From NCBI GenBank assembly GCA_032718475.1, contig JAUCBJ010004141.1:1-42528 (forward strand): a stretch of 42,528 bases of DNA, in the 5' to 3' direction. The first letter of the stretch is position 1. Each line of letters starts with the position of its first letter. This stretch comes from Nemertoderma westbladi (Eukaryota > Animalia > Xenacoelomorpha). The notes under the pieces were generated by a model. The model did not search any database and was not told the origin of the DNA. It worked only from the letters and a program-made list of their open reading frames with translations. Both the position numbers and the translations under genes were made by a program. Positions 1 through 12,900 of this stretch are shown in pieces.

Positions 1-1524
1 AGGTTAAAGTTAAATTAAAAAGGGACTTATAATGACACCGTATTCAAACTAACCCACTAACTTAATCTGTAGTGCTGCTTGTAGCTTTGCTATACTCTTC
101 GTATGTAAAGTACAGTAGCCCAATACCAGTGGAGGAGTTACATTCCCATCATAGTTAGCAATGAAGCTAAAAATAGCTCAATACAGTAGGTAACAGACAA
201 CACTTCACCTTGTGAAATGGGATAGATCTGTAATGCGGGGTCATGTTCCCACTGAAGTACAGTATCTTGCAGTTTATCACTCAATAACTAATAAAGTCCG
301 TTGGTACAGTAAAATAGCTTTTATAAATCAGGGGCGGGGGTCAATAAGCTGCTGTTGATATTAATAATGGAGACATTACAAACTTATGTAAATTGCTACA
401 ATATGATAATGCTAGCTATACTGTAGATTAATAACTTAAGTATACAAGTAAAATTAAGTTATCAGAGAAACGTGAGCTTGAAACACCGACATGAGTAAGA
501 TTATGATTAATTAGATGATTAATGTTAGCGCCTATTTTCGTTACTGATTTAAATATTTGAGGCCCTCAATATCTGCGCGCATCAATGTTTGTTTCCCTCA
601 CTCAATATATCTGTGCACTGCTTTGCGGCGCACACCACCCCACCCCTCCATTATGTACTGCCTTACGGAAATATGCATATTATATATACCATATTAAATG
701 GTTCATTTAACCATCTGAATGTACACATCAAATGCTGCGTACTGCAGGTTTACTCCACTGTTCTGTATCTTTTGAATGACTACCAATAGAGCATATTAAA
801 CATCATAAAAAGGGTGAGTACAAAACAAAGACCAAAGAAGGGCTAACCAGTTCAGCCACTTGCCCTTGACATTCACTCTCCCACCTAATCCACTTCTATT
901 GAACAGACAGTCTTAAAGTTGCTATCCTCTATTTGATAAGTGCAGGTTACAATACATTTGTTATACTTTCATTTTTAATTTGTACTCTGTAATACCAAAT
1001 ACAGTAGTAAATAAATCTATCTATAGTGTAGTATAGATATATATCCTCCCCCTCCCCATAGACATAACTGTAGTGGGCGAGATAGTTTACTACAGTACGT
1101 AGCGAGAAAAAATAAATAATTTGCATCACAATCAATGGTGGCCGTTTCCCCGAAAAATATGTTTCCAAAAGTCGGGGTGTTGTGTGCCGGAAGCCAATAA
1201 TTGTTCACTGAAATCTGAGATATGAGATGGCTTGTTTAATGTTTAATGTTTTAATGTAATTTCGACACAGAGAAACAGCAGAGAGACACAAATACATAAT
1301 AATAATAAAAAACATATTTATTGTATTATCTAATAGAGTATGAAACGTAAGTGTGCAGTGAAACTCTGTGAAGATGGCAGCTGATCGGGTAGACCCATTA
1401 TTACAGCCACCAAGTGCACATAGTTTAACATTTACATACGATCATATATAGAGCTAAGGATAGAAAATGCACATTAATTTACACATACAAAGCTACATAC
1501 AGACATACATAGTAATATATTAAT

Positions 1525-1599
1525 ATTAGCATATATAGTAACATACATTAGCATATATAGTAACATACATTAGCATATATAGTAACATACATTAGCATA
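1525..1599. repeat. 22-bp tandem repeat, about 3.4 copies (ATTAGCATATATAGTAACATAC)
   Basis: ATTAGC recurs at 1525, 1547, 1569 and 1591. Confidence 0.9.
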
Positions 1600-1897
1600 C
1601 ATATAAATCCTACAGTAGGCCTAGTAAAGAAATACAAAAACTACTGTATGGCACACATACTGTACAATTAGAAATTAAAACTTAATTGCCTTCCACCTTC
1701 TACCGGTATGCTTGTGCTGTTGTACTGCTGTACTGGTATTACATTTTGAGTGTTTTACTGTTTAATTTCAGGTTTGTGTACCGCATACCGCTATTGCTTT
1801 GTACAGTCTGACAGTTCAGCAGTTGTATGTGGTATGCCCCACTGCCCCAGTACAGCAGTATACTGGTATGCTGTGCCGTGATCAAAATCAATCCCGA

Positions 1898-3148
1898 ATG
1901 AAACCCAAACAGACTAAGCAAGGGAGTAAAAAGACGAAGAGAGATTGGCGGAAGAATGTGAATGTGGATGACGTGGAGGAGTTCTGGGAGGTCCAACGAT
2001 TGTTAGAGAGAACTGGGGGCGGGGCTGTTGGGGAACTCAGTAATGACGCCTTGTTCGTTGTGGACAAACAGTCGGATGTTGCGGACTCCAGGGGGGAGCC
2101 ATGCAGTGTCCAGGAACGGCGATTTAAACTGAAAAATAAACCATTAAAATGTGAGCGGAATCTTATAGAAAATAAAATACCTGCGTTTACTCGGCAACCG
2201 AGCCGAAATAAACATGTTTCTATCACGGTGGGTAGGCCTAAATGTACCGGTAGTGGTTCAGCAGACAGTAGGAAGTCTGGCAGTGACGCAGGTCCCTTCG
2301 ATCTATGGAGAGTGTCTGACCCCCAACCTACCGAGGACGGGATCCTGCACTACCTGCGGACTACCCAAAGGTGTCGACCAATCAGAACATCGCGTCGCTT
2401 CCCGTCTGCCCTCCCCGCAGTAGAGTTACCGCATCCCGGCTCCTCCTATAACCCCTCCTACTCGCAGCACCAGGAACTCCTGGGTCTGGCGCACCGCGCG
2501 GAAGTTACTAAGCAACGGGAATCACGCCGCTTAGCGGAATCCACTTTTAAGAAATACCTAGAACCGTCGATAGAGGCGCTTCAAAACGAAGAAAACTGGC
2601 GGGAAATTTCCGTGGGTTTATTTAAAACTGATCAGGAGGAAGTTGAACGCGTTGAGGAAACTGAAGAATCCGATTGGTTGAAATCTCCGGTAACTAGGGA
2701 CAATGCGAAGTCGCATCAGCAACGTCGACGCACTAAAGAAGCTAAACTGCGTTTAGCGAAAGTGTTGAGCGTTAAGCAGCGGCGTAAACGCGAGAATGTG
2801 GCTGTCCATGCTAGGGAAATAGCGTTACGGTTGGACACAGATGATAACCGAAGAGCGGTGGAGGTCGCCAAGCGACGGGATCGGAAGGTACGCAGAGACG
2901 CAGTGAGAACTCGTCGCTTCGGGAGGTACGTAACACAGGGGACCGATATAGCGGTCGCGCTGACGGAGGAGTTGGCGGGGAGTCTGAGAGGGATGAAGGG
3001 AGTCGGAGGGGGAGTATTGGAGGAACGGATGAGAGGCTATGAACGGAGGAACATGGAGGTGCCAACCGCTGGGTTGGTTGTTCGGGAGAAACGTAGACTG
3101 GCTGGTAGACGGAAGTATAGGTGGTTTACTAGACGTAGTTGTATGTAG
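1898..3148 (+). CDS. NOP53: Ribosome biogenesis protein NOP53 (GLTSCR2/PICT1 family), uninterrupted CDS
   Basis: Family motifs appear in order in one ORF: KKTKRDWRKNVNVDDVEEF; LFVVD (Mtr4 arch-interaction motif, 2051-2065); LPAVELPHPGSSYNPSYSQHQELL; LTEELAGSLR; ERMRGYERRN; basic C-terminus. The start is uncertain: in-frame ATGs at 1868 and 1898, with an acceptor-like TTTAATTTCAG ending at 1771. Confidence 0.93.
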   Translation: MKPKQTKQGSKKTKRDWRKNVNVDDVEEFWEVQRLLERTGGGAVGELSNDALFVVDKQSDVADSRGEPCSVQERRFKLKNKPLKCERNLIENKIPAFTRQPSRNKHVSITVGRPKCTGSGSADSRKSGSDAGPFDLWRVSDPQPTEDGILHYLRTTQRCRPIRTSRRFPSALPAVELPHPGSSYNPSYSQHQELLGLAHRAEVTKQRESRRLAESTFKKYLEPSIEALQNEENWREISVGLFKTDQEEVERVEETEESDWLKSPVTRDNAKSHQQRRRTKEAKLRLAKVLSVKQRRKRENVAVHAREIALRLDTDDNRRAVEVAKRRDRKVRRDAVRTRRFGRYVTQGTDIAVALTEELAGSLRGMKGVGGGVLEERMRGYERRNMEVPTAGLVVREKRRLAGRRKYRWFTRRSCM

Positions 3149-3227
3149 CGCAGTGCTGTAGGTGTATCATTGAGTTTATTAACAAATATTTAGTTTCGAA
3201 ACGTTGAATTTGTTATAAATGTAGGTA

Positions 3228-3244
3228 GGGGGGGGGGGGGGGGG
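3228..3244. repeat. poly-G run (17 nt)
   Basis: Directly visible 80 bp downstream of the NOP53 stop codon. Confidence 0.9.
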
Positions 3245-3369
3245 TGCATATCTCATATCTGCATATATGCATGTCTCATACCCAGGTCTTGCACACAACA
3301 TCCATACTGTGCCAGCAACTCCCTTTAGAATACACCATATAACACTTGTTTGTTCGTGTTCTATCGCGA

Positions 3370-3830
3370 ACAGTACTGTTACTGAGCAGTAGTCGACATG
3401 CTGTACTGCCAACCGCATTGCGAATGCTATGCCGGCTTGTCATCAAAAATGCGCCACAGCATCAAGGCCAGTGTCCTTTAAGAGGCGTCTCAAGAAAGTC
3501 ATGGGCTATGGTGCTTATTCACTCCATGAGGACACAGCACAAGATTGTGCACTGGCTGGTCCTCGCAGCAAAAGCAATATCCTGCAAAGTAGAGGCGGAT
3601 CAATTCAAGTGTCAAGCTTTGAAGGGCTAATGAGACACCTCCAATACTGTATATGAACTGGTTGGAGATATGTGCAAAGTACTTGACAGTTGACACAGTG
3701 AAAGTGAACCCAACGTTGACTGCATTCCGCAATGCATGACCAAGACGGGATGGCCAAAGAAGGGGTAGCGATCAGGGTAAGCCTTGTGCATGCAGTGCAT
3801 CACAACACGTTATTTGACTGACCAGTGTGA
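3370..3830 (-). mobile_element. Decayed 3' fragment of an RTE-clade non-LTR retrotransposon
   Basis: The minus strand translates, with a frameshift, to LRNAVNV..HISNQFIY..IRLYFAGYCF..QPVHNLVL..PHG..PMTFLRRLLKDTGL. This resembles the RTE ORF C-terminus (RRLRFAGHC..LVLWxPxHG..TY..LxxDTGL). It shares near-identical DNA with 29585-29745. Ends are approximate. Confidence 0.7.
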
Positions 3831-3986
3831 GCTGTTCAAACTTTATAAGTAATTCTTATAAGGCGATATATTACATACACACACACCCATCAATCCGGTT
3901 ATTATTATCAAGTAGAATCGTGATTAGTTAGTAGTGCTGCTTCCCAGTGGCTAGTGCCATGTTTCACTTCATTGCATTGCCACATA

Positions 3987-6900
3987 TATCCCCTTGGGAC
4001 CTCTACCCAATCTCCATCCCTTTGGGACTGCTACCCAATCTCCATCCCTTTGGGGACTGCTACCTGAACTCCATCCTTTTGGGACTGCTACCCAATCTCC
4101 ATCCCTTTGGGACTGCTACCCGATCTCCATCCTTTTAGGACTGCTACCCAATCTCTATCCCTTTGGGACTGCTACCCGATCTCCATCTCCCCTTGTGACC
4201 ACTACCCGATCTCCATCTCCCCTTGGGACCACCACCCGATCCCCATCCCTTTAGGACTGCTACCCAATCTCCATCCCTTTGGGACTGCTACCCGATCTCC
4301 ATCCTTTTAGGACTGCTACCCAATCTCTATCCCTTTGGGACTGCTACCCGATCTCCATCTCCCCTTGTGACCACTACCCGATCTCCATCTCCCCTTGGGA
4401 CCACCACCCGATCCCCATCCCTTTGGGACTGCTACCCAATCTCCATCTCTTTGGGACTGCTACCTGATCTCCATCCTTTTGGGACTGCTACCCAATCTCC
4501 ATCCCTTTGGGGCTGCTACCCGATCTCCATCCTTTTAGGACTGCTACCCAATCTCCATCCCTTTGGGACTGCTACCCGATCTCCATCTCCCCTTGGGACC
4601 GCTACCCGATCTCCATCTCCCCTTGGGACCACTACCCGATCTCCATCTCCTCTTGGACTGCTAACAGATCTCCACCCCTTTGGGACCACTACCCGATCTA
4701 CATATCCCCTTGGACCGCTACCTGATCTACATATCCCCATTGGACCGCTACCCGATCTATATCTCCCCTTGGACCGCTACCCGATCTACATCTCCCCGTT
4801 GGACCGCTACCCGATTTCCATCTCCCCTTGGGACAGCTACCCGATCTACATCTCCTCTTGGACTGCTACCAGATCTCCATCCCTTTGGGACCACTACCCG
4901 ATCTACATCTCCCCTTGGGCCGCTATCCGATCTCCATCTCCCCTAGGGACTGCTACCCGATCTCCATCTCCCCCTTGGGACCCCTACCCGATCTCCATCG
5001 CCCCTTGGGACCCCTACCCGATCTCCATCTCCCCTTGGACTGCTCCCAGATCTCCATCCCTTTGGGATTGCTACCCGATCTCCATCTCCCCTTGGGACCC
5101 CTACCCGATCTCCATCTCCCCTTGGGACCGCTACCCGATCTCCGTATCTTCTTGGGACTGCTACCCGATCTCCATCTCCCCATTAGACCACTACCCGATC
5201 TCCATCTCCCCTTGGGACTGCTACACGATCTCCATCTCCACTTGGGATCCCTACCCGATCCCCATCTCCCCTTGGACTGCTGCCAGAGCTCCATCCCTTT
5301 GGGATCGCTACCCGATCTCCATCTCCCCTTGCGACCCCTACCTGATCTCCATCTCCCCTTGGGACTGCTACCAGATCTCCATCCCTTTGGGATTGCTACC
5401 CGATCTCCATCTCCCCTTGGGACCCCTACCCGATCCCCATCTCCCCTTGGGACCGCTACCCAATCTCCGTATCTTCTTGGGACTGCTACCCGATCTCCGT
5501 ATCTTCTTGTGACCCCTACCCGATCTCCATCCCCCCTTGGGACCCCTACCCGATCTCCATCTCCCCTTGGGGCCCCTACCCGATCTCCATCTCCCCTTGG
5601 GACCGCTACCTGATCTCCGTATCTTCTTGGGACCGCTACCCGATCTCCATCTCCCCTTGGGACCACTACCCAATCTCCGTATCTTCTTGGGACCCCTACC
5701 TGATCTCCATCTCCACTTGGTACCCCTACCCGATCTCCATCTCCCGTAGGGACCACTACCCGATCTCCATCTCCCGTAGGGACCGCTACCCGATCTCCAT
5801 CTCTCCTTGGGACCCCTACCTGATCTCCATCGCCCCTTGGGACTGCTACCTGATCTCCATCTCCACTTGGGACTGCTACCCGATCTCTGTATCTTCTTGG
5901 GACCCTACCTGATCTCCATCTCCCCTTAGGACCCCTACCCAATCTCCATCTCACCTTGGACTGCTACCAGATCTCCATCCCTTTGGGATCGCTACCCGAT
6001 CTCAATCTCCCCTTGGGACCCCTATCCGATCTCCATCTCTCCTTGGGACCCCTACCCGATCTCCATCTCCCCTTGGGACCACTACCTGATCTCCGTATCT
6101 TCTTGGGACCCCTACCCGATCTCCATCTCACCTTGGGACCCCTACCCAATCTCCATCTCACCTTGGGACCCCTACATGATCTCCATCTCCCCTTGGGACC
6201 GCTACCCAATCTCCGTATCTTATTGGGACCCCTACCTGATCTCCATCTCCCCTTAGGACCCCTACCAAATCTCCATCTCCCCTTGGACTGCTACCAGTTC
6301 TCCATCCCTTTGGGATTGCTACCCGAACTCAATCTCCCCTTGGGACCCCTATCCGATCTCCATCTTTCCTTGGGACCCCTACCCGATCTCCATCTCCCCT
6401 TGGGACCACTACCCGATCTCCGTATCTTCTTGCTTGGGACCCCTACCCGATCTCCATCACCCCTTGGGACCCCTACCCTATCTCCATCTCCCCTTGGGAC
6501 CGCTACCCGATCTCCGTATCTTCTTGGTACCCCTACCCGATCTACATCTCCCCTTGGGACCTCTACCCGATCTCCATCTCCCCTTGGGACCCCTACCCGA
6601 TCTCCATCTCCCCTTGGGACCACTACCTGATCTCTGTATCTTCTTGGGACCCCTACCCGATCTCCATCTCCCCTTGGGACCCCTACCCGATCTCCATCTC
6701 CCCTTGGGACCACTACCCGATCTCTGTATCTTCTTGGGACCCCTACCCGATCTCCATATCTTCTTGGGACCACTACCCGATCTCCATCTCCCCTTGGGAC
6801 CCCTACCCAATCTCCGTATCTTTTGGGACCCCTACCCGATCTCCATCTCCCCTTGGGACCCCTACCCGATCTCAATCTCCCCTTGGGACCCCTACCCGAT

Positions 6901-9900
6901 CTCCATCTCCCCTTGGGACTGCTACCTGATCTCCGTATCTTCTTGGGACCCCTACCCGATCTCTGTATCTTTTGGGACCCCTACCTGATCTCCATCTCCC
7001 CTTGAGACCGCTACCCGATCTCTGTATCTTCTTGGGACGCCTACCCGGTCCCCATATCTTCTTGGGACCCCTACCCGATCGCCATCTCCCATTGGGACCC
7101 CTACCCGATCTCCGTATCTTCTTGGGACCGCTACCCGATCTCCATCTCCCCTTGGGACCCCTACCCAATCTCCATCTCCCCTTGGGACCCCTACCCGATC
7201 TCAATCTCCCCTTGGGACCCCTACCCGATCTCCATCTCCCCTTGGGACTGCTACCTGATCTCCGTATCTTCTTGGGACCCCTACCCGATCTCTGTATCTT
7301 TTGGGACCCCTACCTGATCTCCATCTCCCCTTGAGACCGCTACCCGATCTCTGTATCTTCTTGGGACGCCTACCCGGTCCCCATATCTTCTTGGGACCCC
7401 TACCCGATCGCCATCTCCCATTGGGACCCCTACCCGATCTCCGTATCTTCTTGGGACCCCTACCCGATCTCCATCTCCCCTTGGGACCCCTACCCAATCT
7501 CCATCTCCCCTTGGGACCCCTACCCGATCTCCATCTCCCCTGGGACCGCTACCCGATCTCCATCTCCCCTTGGGTCCCCTACCCGATCTCCATCTCCCCT
7601 TGGACTGTTACCAGATCTCCATCCCTTTGGGATCGCTACCCGATCTCCATCTCCCCTAGGGACCCCTACCCGATCTCCATCTCCCCTTGGGACCGCTACC
7701 CGATCTCCGTATCTTCTTGGGACTGCTACCCGATCTCCATACCTTCTTGGGACCCCTACCCGATCTCCATCTCCCCTTGGGACCACTACCCGATCTCCAT
7801 CTCCCCGTTGGACCGCTACCCGATCTCCATCTCCCCTAGGGACCCCTAACCGATCTCCATCTCCCCTTGGGACTGCTACCCGATCTCCGTATCTTTTTGG
7901 GACCGCTACCCGATCTCCGTATCTTTTTGGGACCCCTACCCGATCTCCATCTTCCCTTGGGACCGCTACCCGATCTCTGTATCTTCTTGGGACCACTACC
8001 CGATCTCCATCTCCCCTTGGAACCGCTACCCATTCTCTGTATCTTCTTGGGACCACTACCCGATCTCCGTATCTTCTTGGGACCACTACCCGATCTCCAT
8101 TCCCCTTGGAACCGCTACCCGTTCTCTGTATCTTCTTGGGACCGCTACCCGATCTCTGTATCTTCTTGGGACCACTACCCGATCTCTGTATCTTCTTGGG
8201 ACTGCTACCTGATCTCCGTCCCTTGGGACCACTACCCGATCGCCATATCTTCTTGGGACTGCTACCCGATCTCCATCTCCCCTTGGGACTGCTACCCGAT
8301 TTCCATCTCCCCTTGGGACTGCTACCCGATCTCCATCTCCCCTTGGGACCGCTAAACGATCTCTGTATCTTCTTGGGATTGCTACCCGATCTCAATCTCC
8401 CCTTGGGACCCCTATCCGATCTCCATCTCTCCTTGGGACCCCTACCCGATCTCCATCTCCCCTTGGGACCACTACCCGATCTCCGTATCTTCTTGGGACC
8501 CCTACCCGATGTCCATATCCCCTTGGGACCCCTACCCGATCTCCATCTCCCCTTGGAACTGCTACCCGATCTCCGTATCTTCTTGGGACCCCTACCCGAT
8601 CTACATCTCCCCTTGGGACCCCTACCCGATCTCCATCTCCCATTGGGACTGCTACCCGATCTCCATCTCCCCTTGGGACCGCTACCTGATCTCTGTATCT
8701 TCTTGGGACCCCTACCCGATCTCTATCTCCCCTTGGGACCCCTACCCGATCTCCATCTCCCCTTGGGACCACTACCCAATCTCTGTATCTTCTTGGGACC
8801 CCTACCCGATCTCCATATCTTCTTGGGACCCCTACCCGATCTCCATCTCCCCTTGGGACCACTACCCGATCTCTGTATCTTCTTGGGACCCCTACCTGAT
8901 CTCTGTATCTTCTTGGGAACCCTACCCGATCTCCATCTCCCCTTGGGACCCCTACCCAATCTCTGTATCTTCTTGGTACCCCTGCCCGATCTCCATCTCC
9001 CCTTGGGACCGCTACCCGATCTCTGCATCTTCTTGGGACCGCTACCCGATCTCCGTATCTTCTTGGGACCCCTACCCAATCTCTGTATCTTCTTGGTACC
9101 CCTGCCCGATCTCCATCTCCCCTTGGGACCACTACCCGATCTCCATCTCCCCTTGGGACCTCTACCCGATCTCCATGTCCCCTTGGGACCGCTACCCGAT
9201 CTCCGTATCTTCTTGGGACCCTTACCCAATCTTCGTATCTTCTTGGGACCCCTACCCGATCTCCATCTCCCCTTGGGACCGCTACCCGATCTCTGCATCT
9301 TCTTGGGACCCCTACCCGATCTCTGTATCTTCTTGGGACCCCTACCCGATCTCCGTCTCCCCTTGAGACTGCTACCCGATCTCTGTATCTTCTTGGGACC
9401 CCTACCCGATCTCCGTATCTTCTTGGGACACCTACCCAATTTCCATCTCCCATTGGGACCCCTACCCGATCTCCGTATCTGCTTGGGACCCCTACCCGAT
9501 CTCCATCTCCCCTTGGGACCACTACCTGATCTCCATCTCCCCTTGGGACTGCTACCCGATCTCCATCTCCCCTTGGGAACCCTACCCGATCTCCATCTCC
9601 CCGTGGGACCGCTACCCGATCTCCATCTCCCCTTGGGACCCCTACCCGATCTCCATCTCCTCTTGGACTGCTACCAGATCTCCATCCCTTTGGGATCGCT
9701 ACCCGATCTCCATCTCCCCTTGGGACCCCTACCCGATATCCATCTCCCCTTGGGACCGCTACCCGATCTCTGTATCTTCTTGGGACCGCTACCCTATCTC
9801 CTTATCTTCTTGGGACCACTACCCGATCTCCATCTCCCCTTGGGACCCATACCCGATCTCCATCTCCCCTTGGGACCCCTACCCGATCTCTATCTCCCCG

Positions 9901-12900
9901 TTGGACCGCTACCCGATCTCCATCTCCCCTAGGGACCCCTAACCGATCTCCATCTCCCCTTGGGACCGCTACCCAATCGCCTTATCTTTTTGGGACCGCT
10001 ACCCGATCTCCGTATCTTTTTGGGACCCCTACCCGATTTCATCGCCCCTTGGGACCGCTACCCGGTCTCTGTATCTTCTTGGGACCCCTACCCGATCTCC
10101 GTATCTTCTTGGGACCCTTACCCGATCTCCATCTCCCCTTGAGACCGCTACCCGATCTCTGTATCTTCTTGGGACCCCTACCCGATCTCCGTATCTTCTT
10201 GGGACCCCTACCCGATCTCCATCTCCCATTGGGACCCCTACCCGATCTCCATCTCCCCTTGGGACCCCTACCCGATCTCCATCTCCCCTTGGAACTGCTA
10301 CCCGATCTCCGGATCTTCTTGGGACCCCTACCCGATCTCCATCTCCCCTTGGGACCCCTACCCGATCTCCATCTCCCCTTGGGACCCCTACCCGATCTCC
10401 ATCTCCCCTTGGGACCGCTACCCGATCTCCATCTCCCCTTGGGACCCCTACCCGATCTCCATCTCCCCTTGGACTGCTACCAGATCTCCATCCATTTGGG
10501 ATCGTTACCCGATCTCCATATCCCCTTGGGACCCCTACCCGATCTCCATCTCCCCTAGGGAACCCTAACCGATCTCCATCCCCCCTTGGGACCGCTACCC
10601 GATCTCCTTATCTTTTTGGGACTGCTACCCGATCTCCGTATCTTTTTGGGACCCCTACCCGATTTCCATCTTCCCTTGGGACCTCTACACGATCTCCGTA
10701 TCTTCTTGGGACCACTACCCGATCTCCATCTCCCCTTGGAACCGCTACCCGATCTCCGTATCTTCTTGGGACCGCTACCCGCTACCCGATCTCTGTATCT
10801 TCTTGGGACCACTACCCGATCTCCATCTCCCCTTGGGACCGCTACCCAATCTCTGTATCTTCTTGGGACCACTACCCAATCTCCATCTCCCCTTGGGACC
10901 GCTACCCGATCTCTGTATCTTCTTGGGACCACTACCCGATCTCCGTATTTTCTTGGGACTGCTACCTGATCTCCGTCCCTTGGGACCACTACCCGATCTC
11001 CATATCTTCTTGGGACTGCTACCCGATCTCCATCTCCCCTTGGGACCTCTACCCGATCTCCATCTCCCCTTGGGACCACTACCCGATCTCCATATCTTCT
11101 TGGGACTGCTACCCGATCTCTGTATCTTCTTGTGACCGCTACCCGATCTCCATCTCCCCTTGGGACCCCTACCCGATCTCCATATCCCCTTGGGACCGCT
11201 ACCCGATCTCCCTATCTTCTTGGGACCGCTACCCAAACTTCGTATCTTCTTGGGACCGCTACCCGATCTCCGTATCTTCTTGGGACCCCTACCCGATCTC
11301 CATCTCCCCTTGGGTTCGCTACCCGATCTCTGTATCTTCTTGGGACTGCTACCCGATCTCCGTATTTTCTTGGGACCCCTACCCAATCTCCATCTCCCCT
11401 TGGGACCGCTACCCGATCTCCGTATCTTCTTGGGACCGCTACCCAATCTCTGTATCTTCTTGGGACCACTACCCGATCTCCGTATCTTCTTGGGACTGCT
11501 ACCTGATCTCTGTCCCTTGGGACCACTACCCGATCTCCATATCTTCTTGGGACTGCTACCCGATCTCCATCTCCCCTTGGGACCTCTACCCGATCTCCAT
11601 CTCCCCTTGGGACCACTACCCGATCTCCATATCTTCTTGGGACTGCTACCCGATCTCTGTATCTTCTTGTGACCGCTACCCGATCTCCATCTCCCCTTGG
11701 GACCCCTACCCGATCTCCATATCCCCTTGGGACCGCTACCCGATCTCCCTATCTTCTTGGGACCGCTACCCAAACTTCGTATCTTCTTGGGACCGCTACC
11801 CGATCTCCGTATCTTCTTGGGACCCCTACCCGATCTCCATCTCCCCTTGGGTTCGCTACCCGATCTCTGTATCTTCTTGGGACTGCTACCCGATCTCCGT
11901 ATTTTCTTGGGACCCCTACCCAATCTCCATCTCCCCTTGGGACCGCTACCCGATCTCCGTATCTTCTTGGGACCGCTACCCAATCTCTGTATCTTCTTGG
12001 GACCACTACCCGATCTCCGTATCTTCTTGGGACTGCTACCTGATCTCCATCCCTTGGGACCACTACCCGATCTCCATATCTTCTTGGGACCGCTACCCGA
12101 TCTCCATCTCCCCTTGGGACCGCTACCCGATCTCCATCTCCCCTTGGGACTGCTACCCGATCTCCATCTCCCCCTTGGGACCGCTACCCGATCTCCATAT
12201 CTTCTTGGGACCGCTACCCGATCTCCATATCTTCTTGGGACCCCTACCCGATCTCCATCTCCCCTTGGGACTGCTATCCGATCTCCATCTCCCCTTGGGA
12301 CTGCTACCCGATCTCTGTATCTTCTTGGGACCGCTACCCGATCTCCGTATCTTCTTGGGACCGCTACCCGATCTCCGTCCCTTGGAACCACTACCCGATC
12401 TCCATATCTTCTTGGGACCGCTACCCGATCTCAATCTCCACTTCTGACCGCTACCCGATCTCCGTCTCCCCTTGGGACCGCTACCCGATCTCCATCTCCC
12501 CTTGGGACCACTACCCTATCTCCGTATCTTCTTGGGACCGCTACCCGATCTCCGTATCTTCTTGGGACCGCTACCCGATCTCCATCTCTCCTTGGGACCC
12601 CTACCCGATCTCCATCTCCCCTTGGGACCGCTACCCGATCTCCATCTCCCCTTGGGACCCCTACCCGATCTCCGTATCTTCTTGGGACCCCTACCCGATC
12701 TCCATATCCCCTTGGGACCGCTACCCGATCTCCGTATCTTCTTGGGACTGCTACCCGATCTCTGTATCTTCTTGGGACTGCTACCCGATCTCCGTCCCTT
12801 GGGACTGCTACCCGATCTCCATCTCCATGTGGGACTGCTACCCGATCTCCATCTCCCCTTGGGACCGCTACCCGATCTCCATCTCTCCTTGGGACCCCTA

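Noticed and set aside
138-287. Possible minus-strand terminal exon (LLSDKLQDTVLQWEHDPALQIYPISQGEVLSV...MMGM*) and other short open stretches up to about 900
   Set aside because: I could not assign a family or chain the pieces with consistent splice phases. It needs RNA-seq or a homology search.
1374-1897. Longer NOP53 N-terminus (MAADR exon spliced to 1772, or the TTG start at 1799)
   Set aside because: The donor GTAGAC is weak, the frame match has a one-in-three chance, and the added residues do not resemble NOP53.
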